From: Candidatus Saccharimonadota bacterium
GTDB lineage: Bacteria > Patescibacteriota > Gracilibacteria > UBA4473
NCBI GenBank assembly: GCA_020632335.1
Contig: JACKFV010000001.1
Span: forward strand, 510,001-542,000
Reading direction: 5' to 3'
DNA: 32,000 nt
Positions within the stretch are counted from its first letter, which is position 1. Every line of letters starts with the position of its first letter. The position numbers were made by a program, and so were the translations under genes. The notes under the pieces are model-generated. The model ran no database searches. It was not told where the DNA came from and saw only the letters and a program-made list of their open reading frames with translations. Positions 7,029-14,820 of the stretch are shown here, in pieces.

Positions 7029-8843
7029 ATGGACACTGGCCGTATACGGAATTTCTGCATTATTGCGCATATAGACCACGGGAAGAGCACGCTCGCGGAT
7101 CGCTTCCTGGAGGTGACGGGCACCATGAGCCAGCGGGATATGAAGCACGGACAGATGCTCGACACCATGGAGATAGAGCAAGAGCGCGGCATCACCATTA
7201 AGCTGCAGCCGGTGCGCATGCAGTGGCAGGGCCACCAGCTCAATCTCATCGACACTCCGGGGCATGTGGATTTCAGCTATGAGGTCAGCCGCAGTCTGGC
7301 CGCGTGCGAGGGGGCGGTGCTGGTGGTAGACGCTACCCAGGGGGTAGAAGCGCAGACCATCGCAAATGTGCTGTTGGCTATGGAGCAGGGCCTGACGATC
7401 ATCCCCGTGCTGAACAAAATAGACCTGCCCGCTGCCGAGCCAGAACGCCGCGCAGAGGAGATCCGCACGGTGCTGGGCATAGAGGTGAGCGATATCCTGC
7501 ATGTGAGTGCCAAGGTAGGCACTGGGGTAGAGGCGCTCCTGGACCGCATCATTGACCGTGTACCACCACCGAGCGAGAACCTTATCTTCCTCGAAGACGC
7601 GGTCTTCAGTGACCCGAGCGAGACCAAAGCGCTCATCTTCGATAGTACCTTTGATAGCTACCGAGGGGTGGTGTGCAGCGTGCGGGTGTTCTCTGGCAGC
7701 CTGCAGCGGGGCGACGCGGTGCAACTGCTGCGCACGGGCACCAAGATGCTCCCTACCGAGGTGGGATTCCTCAACCCTCGTTATCAGCCCACAGACTCGC
7801 TCCAGGCGGGGGAAGTGGGCTACATCGTCACGGGGCTGAAAAATGTCATCGACGCGCGCGTGGGCGACACCATCTATAAGGGCAAGCACGCCGAGACGTC
7901 GCTCCCACTGCCCGGCTATAGCGAAGTGACGCCCTTTGTGTACGCGGGGGTCTTCCCCATTGAGGGGGACCAGTTTGGCGCGCTGCGTACCGCGCTGGAG
8001 AAGCTCTCGCTCAATGATGCCTCGCTGCGGTATACGCCCGAGCACAGTGGCGCGCTGGGCCATGGCTTCCGCGTGGGGTTCCTGGGGCTGCTCCATCTGG
8101 ACATCGTGCAGGAGCGCCTGGAGCGTGAGTTTGACCTGGATATCATCATCACCGCGCCCAGTGTGCACTATGAGCTGGTGATGAATGACGGGAGCCTGCT
8201 GACCATCACTAACCCCGCTGACCTGCCCGATAGTGGCGCCTATAGCGAGATCCGGGAGCCCTGGATGCGCATCACCATCCTGGTGCCGGCGGTGTATACG
8301 GGGGCGGTTATTCAGCTCTGCACTGACCGCAGGGGCCTGCACCAGAACCTGCAGTACACGACTGAGGACCGTGTGGAACTGACCTTTGAGATCCCCATGG
8401 CGAGCATTGTAACGGACTTCTATGACGACCTGAAGAGCCAGACCAGCGGCTACGCCAGCATGAGCTATGACCCCATTGGCATGCGTAGCGGGGCCCTGGC
8501 GCGGCTGGATATCCTCCTTGCGGGGGACAAAATAGACGCGCTCAGCCAGATAATCCACCGGCCAGATGCACACCGCATCGGCGAGAAATGGTGCCAAAAG
8601 CTGAAAGAAATCATCCCGAAAGCGCAGTTTGCCATTGCCATCCAGGCCGCTGTAGGGAGCCGTGTATATGCCCGAGAAACCATCTCCGCTATGCGGAAAG
8701 ACGTTACCGCCAAGCTCTACGGGGGGGACGTCACGCGGAAGCAAAAGCTCCTCAATAAGCAAAAGAAGGGCAAAAAGCGCCTGAAAGAAATGGGCAAAGT
8801 CACCGTGCCGCAAGATGCCTTCTTCGCCATGATGAAGAAGTAG
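7029..8843 (+). CDS. lepA: translation elongation factor 4 (LepA)
   Basis: ORF 6972..8843 trimmed to ATG 7029 (MDTGRIRNFCIIAHIDHGKSTLADR...). GTPase G1-G4 motifs are present (AHIDHGKST, DTPGHVDF, NKID). The C-terminal LepA-specific region includes LYGGDVTRKQKLLNKQKKGKKRLKEMG. Confidence 0.96.
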   Translation: MDTGRIRNFCIIAHIDHGKSTLADRFLEVTGTMSQRDMKHGQMLDTMEIEQERGITIKLQPVRMQWQGHQLNLIDTPGHVDFSYEVSRSLAACEGAVLVVDATQGVEAQTIANVLLAMEQGLTIIPVLNKIDLPAAEPERRAEEIRTVLGIEVSDILHVSAKVGTGVEALLDRIIDRVPPPSENLIFLEDAVFSDPSETKALIFDSTFDSYRGVVCSVRVFSGSLQRGDAVQLLRTGTKMLPTEVGFLNPRYQPTDSLQAGEVGYIVTGLKNVIDARVGDTIYKGKHAETSLPLPGYSEVTPFVYAGVFPIEGDQFGALRTALEKLSLNDASLRYTPEHSGALGHGFRVGFLGLLHLDIVQERLEREFDLDIIITAPSVHYELVMNDGSLLTITNPADLPDSGAYSEIREPWMRITILVPAVYTGAVIQLCTDRRGLHQNLQYTTEDRVELTFEIPMASIVTDFYDDLKSQTSGYASMSYDPIGMRSGALARLDILLAGDKIDALSQIIHRPDAHRIGEKWCQKLKEIIPKAQFAIAIQAAVGSRVYARETISAMRKDVTAKLYGGDVTRKQKLLNKQKKGKKRLKEMGKVTVPQDAFFAMMKK

Positions 8844-8855
8844 CCCCGCCGGTGG

Positions 8856-10094
8856 CTAGTGCAGGCGCTGCAGGTACTGGCGTGTGAGTTCCTTACTGCG
8901 CTCCACGCCGGGCTGGTCAAAGGCGTTGATGCCGAGCATCTCCCCCAGCAGCGCCACTGTCCCCTCCAGGAAGAAGAACAGTGCCCCCAGCGTGCGGGCG
9001 TCTAGCTGCGGTATGGTGAGGGTACTGACGGGCCGCCCTAGCTCCTGCAGGCTGTCACGCGTGGCCTGGTACTCGGCGTGCAGCAGCTGGGCAAAATCCA
9101 CCCCGGAGAGATGGGACTGCCAGGGGATATGCTGCTCGGCCATGATGGGCAGCAGCGGTTGCGTCGCTATGGTGAGGAAGGTGAACTGCTTGTCATCTGG
9201 CCCCTCTGCATAGAGCTGCAGCTGGCTGTGCTGGTCTGTGGGGCCCATGGCGGCCACTGGGGTCAGCCCCACGTGCTGGCCTGCGCTGGTGCGCTTACCG
9301 GTGCTCTCGGCCAGCAGCTGCGCGTACCAGCTCCCCAGGGTCTGTAGGCGCTTGCTGTAGGGCATCAGCACGCTGATGTTTCTCCCGGCCTCGGCTTGCT
9401 GGTGGAGTACACAGGCGTACTGGTAGCAGGTATTCTCGGCCACGCTGGAGGAGAGGAAGCGTTCTCGTATAGCGCTAGCACCGCTGAGCATCGCAGTAAT
9501 ATCCACCCCCAGGAGCGCCGCGGGCAGCAGCCCCACGGCCGTCAGCACGCTGAATCGCCCTCCTACATTTGGTGGTATGGGGAAGGCGCGTATGCCCTCT
9601 GCCTCTGCCAGGGGTCGCAGGACCCCGTGGAGGGGGTCGGTGATGAAGAGCATATGCTCCTGCAGTGGCAGTCTGGCTGCTAGGAGCCGGTGTCGGAAGT
9701 AGCAGTACTGGCTGAGGGTCTCGGTGGTGTGGCCAGACTTAGAGATGACGAGAAAAAGCGTGCTGCTGAGCGGGAGGGAGTGGCTGAGGTCTTGCAGCAG
9801 CTGCGGGTCTATGGTATCCACCACATGTAGCCGCGGCACGGTGCTCTGGTAGGGGTTTACCAGTGCATTGCGTATGGTGCGTGCCCCCAGTGCGCTCCCG
9901 CCTATCCCCAGCACTACGATGTCGCTATACCGCCCCTCTACCGCCGCAGCGTAGGTCTGTATATCTCTCAGGAGGGCGGTGTCATCTATACAACTGGCAA
10001 AGCCCTGGCCACGGGCGGCTATGGCGCCCAGCAGGCTGGCGAGCGTGGCGTCTGTGCCGTAGGGGGTGATGGGAGGGGTCGTGAGGGTAATCAT
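8856..10094 (-). CDS. pgi: glucose-6-phosphate isomerase (short form)
   Basis: 412-aa ORF with SIS-domain features: VVLGIGGSALGARTI, LFLVISKSGHTTETL and GGRFSVLTAVGLLPAAL. Its ATG overlaps the stop of the upstream gene (ATGA). Confidence 0.85.
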   Translation of the reverse strand: MITLTTPPITPYGTDATLASLLGAIAARGQGFASCIDDTALLRDIQTYAAAVEGRYSDIVVLGIGGSALGARTIRNALVNPYQSTVPRLHVVDTIDPQLLQDLSHSLPLSSTLFLVISKSGHTTETLSQYCYFRHRLLAARLPLQEHMLFITDPLHGVLRPLAEAEGIRAFPIPPNVGGRFSVLTAVGLLPAALLGVDITAMLSGASAIRERFLSSSVAENTCYQYACVLHQQAEAGRNISVLMPYSKRLQTLGSWYAQLLAESTGKRTSAGQHVGLTPVAAMGPTDQHSQLQLYAEGPDDKQFTFLTIATQPLLPIMAEQHIPWQSHLSGVDFAQLLHAEYQATRDSLQELGRPVSTLTIPQLDARTLGALFFFLEGTVALLGEMLGINAFDQPGVERSKELTRQYLQRLH

Positions 10095-10717
10095 GGGAGG
10101 GTAGCGAGGACGGTTTCTCCGTCTATGACGCTCTGGCCAAGGGAGACGGTGGGGGTGAGGGAGCTGGGGAGCACCACCGAGACTTGGCTCCCCAGGCGGA
10201 TAAGCCCGATGACCTGCCCCTGCGCATAGGTCTCTCCTACCGTGAGGAAGTCCTCTATGCGTCGGGCAAAGGCGCCGGCTATCTGCACCACACTGAACCG
10301 CACGCCTGCCTCGGTCTCAAAGGTGAGGATATTGTGCTCGTTCTCATACCGGGTGGTACCGCTCATGGCGTTTTGTGTATTCCCGGGCACGTAGTGCTTC
10401 TCCACGAGCGTAGTCGTCAGTGGCAGGCGCTGGTAGTGCACGTTCAGCGGCGTCATCTGGATGGAGACCAGCGTGCCATGGGTATCTACCCCGTCCGTCC
10501 AGGTGCGTAGCGCTCCCCGCGCTCCCTTCTCTATGGTGAGCTGTTCCCCTTCCCAGGGCTCGATGAGAATAACGGTGCCATTGGCCGGGCTGAGGAAGTG
10601 GGTCTGGTTCAGCGGTATGTCTCGTGCTGGCAACCGGAGAAAGTAGCCATAGTAGAACCCCAGGCTGAGCGCCGCAGCGCCGAGGAGGCTATAGAGGAGG
10701 GGACGGAGGAGCTTCAT
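10091..10717 (-). CDS. psd: phosphatidylserine decarboxylase-family proenzyme (short form)
   Basis: N-terminal TM helix, a beta-rich body, and the C-terminal GLIRLGSQVSVVLP resembling the (L)GS(T) self-cleavage site of PSD proenzymes. ATGA overlaps on both sides. Confidence 0.65.
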   Translation of the reverse strand: MKLLRPLLYSLLGAAALSLGFYYGYFLRLPARDIPLNQTHFLSPANGTVILIEPWEGEQLTIEKGARGALRTWTDGVDTHGTLVSIQMTPLNVHYQRLPLTTTLVEKHYVPGNTQNAMSGTTRYENEHNILTFETEAGVRFSVVQIAGAFARRIEDFLTVGETYAQGQVIGLIRLGSQVSVVLPSSLTPTVSLGQSVIDGETVLATLP

Positions 10718-12069
10718 ACTGCTGTATCATTACCAAAGAATCGCTGTATCCACCGCTTGGCCGTGCTGAGGGGCCGTGGTTTTACTGTCGGGAGGGGAGG
10801 GGGAGCTATCGCACGCAGCGACTGCGCAAAGCCATCACTCGCGTGGCGGAAGTACACATAGGCCTCATACGGGTCCTTATAGGGCGAGAAATAGGTGTGT
10901 ACGTCGCCATCGCTGAAGTACTTGGTGCTCATGTAGTACACGTGGTCTGAGGTAGAGAGCCGCCCGAGCTTCTCCCACTGGGGGGTCCAGTTTAGGTCTG
11001 GTCGGGCTGTTTGTAGTGCCCGGAGCCTCTGCTCCAGCTCCGCCAGGACAGCCAAGGCGTCGTGCTGCATCTGGTTATCTCGCCAGGCGCTCAGGTCTCG
11101 CTCGGTATCTGCCCAGCTGACCCAGTCATCTGCCCGGTAGCTGCCATAACGCGGGAAGGCCCGCAGTGTCTCTGTCGCTGTGCGGAAGCTAATCCCCTCT
11201 GCCCTGCAGGCCGCCGGCAGATGCTGGAGGAAGGCAAAGATCCCCGTATCCTCCCACTGGTGCTCGCCAAAGGTCTCAAAATCCATACAGATATTCACGC
11301 TCTCTCCCCACGTCTGCTGCACGCGGTGGGCGAACTGCTCGCTCGTCAGCGGCTGGTGGCTGAACCGAAACGCGATGTCATCGCTCAGCCTATAGTGCTT
11401 GGTCAGCACCCCATAGTCTGTTGCCACGCTCTGCTGCGGGAAGACTTCTCGCCGGAAGGCCTCTGCGAGCGCCTGCACCGCTGGCTCCAGCGGCACCAGA
11501 TGCGCCGAGCGCACACGAGTAGCGTGGGGGTCTGGCAGGGCTGTGTGCCATCCCTCGGCCATGATGCCCGCAAAGCCCATCGCTCGCACCAGGGTGGAGA
11601 GGTCATCGCGGTACAGTAGCTCGGTATGGCGGAACACCTGTGGCGTTACGCCAAAGTGCTGTTGCAGGGCTCGGACGTGCTGCCGCACCTGCGTGATGAA
11701 GAGCGCCGGGCTGTAGAGGTAGCTGAGGCTATGGTAGTAGGTCTCGGCCAGCAGCTCTAGCCGCCCGGTGGCCACCATGCGCTGCAGCAGGCTGAGCACT
11801 GGTGCGCCATACTCGGGGTAGGCCAGGCACTGCTCCAGGAGCGTCCCGGTGATGCTGAGCGTGAGGGTTATCTCCCCCGCCTGCAGCTGGGAGAGCAGTA
11901 TCTCCAGCGTGGGGAGGTAAGACTTGGCCGCTACCTTGCGGAAGACCGCTTCATTCCCCTGGCTGTTCTCCGGCCCATGCCACCAGTCTGCCGGCGGAGC
12001 ACTGCGTCTGCTGGGGCTCAGGCGCCATGGCTGGTGCAGGTGCAGGTACAGGCAGATCGACTGGCTCAT
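10714..12069 (-). CDS. glycoside hydrolase family 57 (alpha-glucan-active enzyme)
   Basis: The N-terminal ICLYLHLHQPWRL (HQP motif) and MDFETFGEHQWEDTGIF (catalytic-region ETFGEH motif) are GH57 hallmarks. Confidence 0.8.
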   Translation of the reverse strand: MSQSICLYLHLHQPWRLSPSRRSAPPADWWHGPENSQGNEAVFRKVAAKSYLPTLEILLSQLQAGEITLTLSITGTLLEQCLAYPEYGAPVLSLLQRMVATGRLELLAETYYHSLSYLYSPALFITQVRQHVRALQQHFGVTPQVFRHTELLYRDDLSTLVRAMGFAGIMAEGWHTALPDPHATRVRSAHLVPLEPAVQALAEAFRREVFPQQSVATDYGVLTKHYRLSDDIAFRFSHQPLTSEQFAHRVQQTWGESVNICMDFETFGEHQWEDTGIFAFLQHLPAACRAEGISFRTATETLRAFPRYGSYRADDWVSWADTERDLSAWRDNQMQHDALAVLAELEQRLRALQTARPDLNWTPQWEKLGRLSTSDHVYYMSTKYFSDGDVHTYFSPYKDPYEAYVYFRHASDGFAQSLRAIAPPPLPTVKPRPLSTAKRWIQRFFGNDTAV

Positions 12070-13316
12070 GAGAGATAGGGGCTATAGAGCTGCCGCACGA
12101 GCGAGGCCTGGGTATCCCAGCTCAGCGTGGGGAGTGATTGCAGGGCCTTTTCTCGTAGGGTGCGGCGCAGTGCTGGGTAGGCCGCTAGGTTCAGCAGATG
12201 CTCGGCAAAGAGCGCGCTATCCCACCAGTCAGCGCTCAGCTTGTGGGTGATGAGCTCTGTGGCGCCACAGGTGCTACTCACCACCAGGGGGGTATGGTGC
12301 ATCACGGCCTCCAGGGCGATGAGGCCAAAGGGTTCAGAGACGCTGGGGATGAGCATGGCGTCGGCCCGGGTATAGAGCGCGTCGCGGACTGGCCGGTTGA
12401 TGAACCCCAGGTAGTGCACGTTGTCTCGTAGTGGCGGGGTGCTGACGCTGTACCGCACGTGGTCCTCCAGCTCGCCCTGCCCCCCCGCGAGGAAGAAGTG
12501 CATCTGCGGGTTAGCGGCTATGCAGCGCTGCGCGGTATCCAGCAGTGTGGCAATGCCTTTGTGGTAGGTAAACCGCCCGATAAACAGCACCCAGAACTGC
12601 CCTTGGTCCTTCGGCCAGACCTTCTCGTAGTCCAGCTCCCCCTCGGGTGAGCGGTCGTTGTATGCGTTGTGGACCACCGTTATCTTCTCTGCGGGCACGT
12701 CGTAGTGGTCCATCAGTACCTGCCGGGTGTACTGGCTCACGGCCAGTAGGCGGTCTGCGCCGTGCATGCTGCGGTATTCCCGCTCATAGACCTCCCCACT
12801 GCGGCTGAAGTGCCCCGGGTGCATGTCATAACTGGTCAGGTGCACGTGCATGAGGTAGGGCGTGCCGTAGCGCTGTTTGATCTCCAGCGCGACGGTACCG
12901 GTGATCCAGTCCTGCGCGTGCACCAGGCAAAACTGCCGGTGCGCTAGCTTCGTGAGTGCCTCGGCGGTGTAGCGGTCTATCTCGGCATAGAGGTTTTCTC
13001 CGTATACATTCCGCGGTAGAGAGCCCGTACGCCGCAGCCGGTGGCGGTACTCGGCGGGGGTCAGGTAGGGCGAGAAGAGCGTGGTACTCACCCGCAGCGT
13101 CTCGAGGGGAGGCGTGTCTCCATCGAGCAGGGGGAGCAGCGCATTCTCCGGTGCGAGGACTACCCGCCTGGCGATGTAGTCTGGCAGCAGCAGCGTCATG
13201 GGGACTCCCTGCAGCAGGAGTGCTCGCAGTAGCTGGTCTGTCACCACTCCCAGCCCTCCAGACATCTCTGGCGGATACTCCCACCCCAGCAGCAGCACAC
13301 CATCAGCAGTAGGCAT
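12066..13316 (-). CDS. glycosyltransferase, glycogen/alpha-glucan synthase-like (GT4/GT5 fold)
   Basis: ORF trimmed to ATG 13316 (MPTADGVLLLGWEYPPEMSGGLGVV...). It has a GGLG-type N-terminal motif and a C-terminal PSVSEPFGLIALEAVMHHTPLVVSSTCGATELI (E-x7-E-like GT-B motif). Confidence 0.8.
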   Translation of the reverse strand: MPTADGVLLLGWEYPPEMSGGLGVVTDQLLRALLLQGVPMTLLLPDYIARRVVLAPENALLPLLDGDTPPLETLRVSTTLFSPYLTPAEYRHRLRRTGSLPRNVYGENLYAEIDRYTAEALTKLAHRQFCLVHAQDWITGTVALEIKQRYGTPYLMHVHLTSYDMHPGHFSRSGEVYEREYRSMHGADRLLAVSQYTRQVLMDHYDVPAEKITVVHNAYNDRSPEGELDYEKVWPKDQGQFWVLFIGRFTYHKGIATLLDTAQRCIAANPQMHFFLAGGQGELEDHVRYSVSTPPLRDNVHYLGFINRPVRDALYTRADAMLIPSVSEPFGLIALEAVMHHTPLVVSSTCGATELITHKLSADWWDSALFAEHLLNLAAYPALRRTLREKALQSLPTLSWDTQASLVRQLYSPYLS

Positions 13317-13324
13317 CTGTGCCC

Positions 13325-13353
13325 ACTCTATGCATTGCCGCTGCGCTTGCCTA
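13325..13353 (-). promoter_or_regulatory. candidate promoter of the GT-GH57-psd-pgi operon (TAGGCA-17-TAGAGT)
   Basis: On the reverse strand, TAGGCA at 13353..13348, a 17-nt spacer, TAGAGT at 13330..13325, then 8 nt to ATG 13316. The -35 is weak. Confidence 0.3.
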
Positions 13354-13430
13354 CCCAATGCACTTGCCAGGCCAAGAACTCATGGTAATGCTCTGGTAGA
13401 CAAGCGCGGGAGAATCAGTACAGGGAGACT

Positions 13431-14522
13431 ATGCAACTCACCATTGGTATTGTCGGCCTGCCGAATGTCGGCAAAAGTACCCTCTTCAACGCGCTGACCG
13501 GCTCGTCTCAGGCTGCGGCGGCTAACTTCCCCTTCTGCACCATTGACCCCAATGTCGGCCTTGTGGAGGTGCCCGACCCGCGTATAGACGCGCTGGCGGC
13601 CATCGTGCAGCCCGAGAGAGTGGTGCGTTCGGCGGTGGAGTTTGTGGATATTGCGGGGCTGGTGGAGGGCGCTAGCAAGGGCGAGGGCCTGGGGAATCAG
13701 TTCCTCAGCCACATCCGCGAATGCCAGGCGATCTGCCATGTGGTGCGTGCCTTTGAGGGGAGTGACATCCACCACGTGCACGGCAGCACTGACCCTGCTC
13801 GGGACCTCAGTATCATCATGACCGAGCTTATCTTGGCGGACCTGGAGAGTGCCGAGCGGCAGCGAGAGCGCCTCCTGCGTAAGGCCAAGAGTGGGGATAA
13901 AGAGGCCATAGCCGATAGTGCGCTGCTGGAGCGTATCATCGCGCACCTGCAGGCGGAGCAGCTGCTGCGTACCCTCCCCATGACGGAGGAGGAGCAGGAG
14001 CGGGCTCGGCGGTTCCAGTTGCTGACGGGCAAGCCCTATCTCATCGTGGCTAATGTGGCGGAGGACGCGCTGGCGGACTTCAGCCCTGAGGCCTTCGCGA
14101 CTGAGCTGGGGCAGAGCGGCATGACGGTGATCCCTATCTCAGCGCAGGTGGAGAGCGAACTTTCGGGCCTGAGTGAGGTGGAGGCGGCCGAGTATCTCTC
14201 CAGCATAGGGGTGAGCGAGTCGGGGCTGTCGCGGCTCATCCACGCGGCGTTTGCGCTGCTGGGGCTGCAGAGCTACTTCACCGCCGGGAAGAAAGAAGTC
14301 CGCGCCTGGACTATCCGCCAGGGAGACACCGCACCGCAGGCCGCGGGGGCCATCCACTCTGACTTTGAGCGCGGATTCATCAAGGCGCAGGTCATTGGGT
14401 ATGAGGATTTCATCGCCGCGGGGAGCGAGCAAGCCGCTAAAGACGCTGGCAAAATGCGCCAAGAAGGCAAGACCTACCGCATGCACGACGGTGACGTGGT
14501 GCACTTTCAGTTCAATGTGTAG
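13431..14522 (+). CDS. ychF: ribosome-binding ATPase YchF (Obg-family GTPase/ATPase)
   Basis: IGIVGLPNVGKSTLFNALT (G1), DIAGLVEGASKGEGLGNQFL (G3) and a C-terminal TGS-like domain (RAWTIRQGDTAPQAAGAIHSDFERGFIKAQV). GGGAGA lies upstream of the ATG. Confidence 0.95.
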   Translation: MQLTIGIVGLPNVGKSTLFNALTGSSQAAAANFPFCTIDPNVGLVEVPDPRIDALAAIVQPERVVRSAVEFVDIAGLVEGASKGEGLGNQFLSHIRECQAICHVVRAFEGSDIHHVHGSTDPARDLSIIMTELILADLESAERQRERLLRKAKSGDKEAIADSALLERIIAHLQAEQLLRTLPMTEEEQERARRFQLLTGKPYLIVANVAEDALADFSPEAFATELGQSGMTVIPISAQVESELSGLSEVEAAEYLSSIGVSESGLSRLIHAAFALLGLQSYFTAGKKEVRAWTIRQGDTAPQAAGAIHSDFERGFIKAQVIGYEDFIAAGSEQAAKDAGKMRQEGKTYRMHDGDVVHFQFNV

Positions 14523-14537
14523 CTCTGTAGAGGAACG

Positions 14538-14558
14538 AAAAAGCCCCGTGGTGGGGCT
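14538..14558 (-). terminator. rho-independent terminator of rpmH, possibly bidirectional with ychF
   Basis: Stem AGCCCC (14542..14547) and GGGGCT (14553..14558) with a 5-nt loop. On the reverse strand the hairpin is followed by TTTTT (14542..14538). It lies between the convergent ychF and rpmH. Confidence 0.6.
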
Positions 14559-14589
14559 CTTATAGGTGTTCTCTACAGGGGGGAGGGGG

Positions 14590-14748
14590 CTAGTACTCCA
14601 CGCGTTTAGGCGCTACGCTGAGCCGATAGCGGCCCTTGGCACGGCGTCTTGCTAGCACCCGGCGGCCGGTGGGCGTCTCCATCCGCGCACGGAATCCATG
14701 CGTACGCAGGCGTTTTCTCCATCGGCGGGTTTTGTCCATCACGGGCAT
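14590..14748 (-). CDS. rpmH: ribosomal protein L34
   Basis: Below the size cutoff of the ORF track. My reverse-strand translation is [60 protein letters not shown] and GRxVLxRRRxKGRxxLSV are the L34 signature. An alternative start is ATG 14739. Confidence 0.9.
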   Translation of the reverse strand: MPVMDKTRRWRKRLRTHGFRARMETPTGRRVLARRRAKGRYRLSVAPKRVEY

Positions 14749-14769
14749 AGCGTCGTCTTAGCGATGGTG

Positions 14770-14797
14770 ACGGTATCCCGCCTCGCTCATTTGTCAA
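14770..14797 (-). promoter_or_regulatory. candidate rpmH promoter (TTGACA-16-TACCGT)
   Basis: On the reverse strand, a perfect TTGACA at 14797..14792, a 16-nt spacer and TACCGT at 14775..14770. Confidence 0.4.
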
Positions 14798-14820
14798 GGG
14801 AAAGCCGGGTAACTCTGGCA

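Noticed and set aside
6963-8813. 616-aa reverse-strand ORF covering almost all of lepA
   Set aside because: It is antisense to an unambiguous LepA gene. The translation is Arg/His/Leu/Ala-rich with no motif. This is the typical long shadow ORF of GC-rich DNA.
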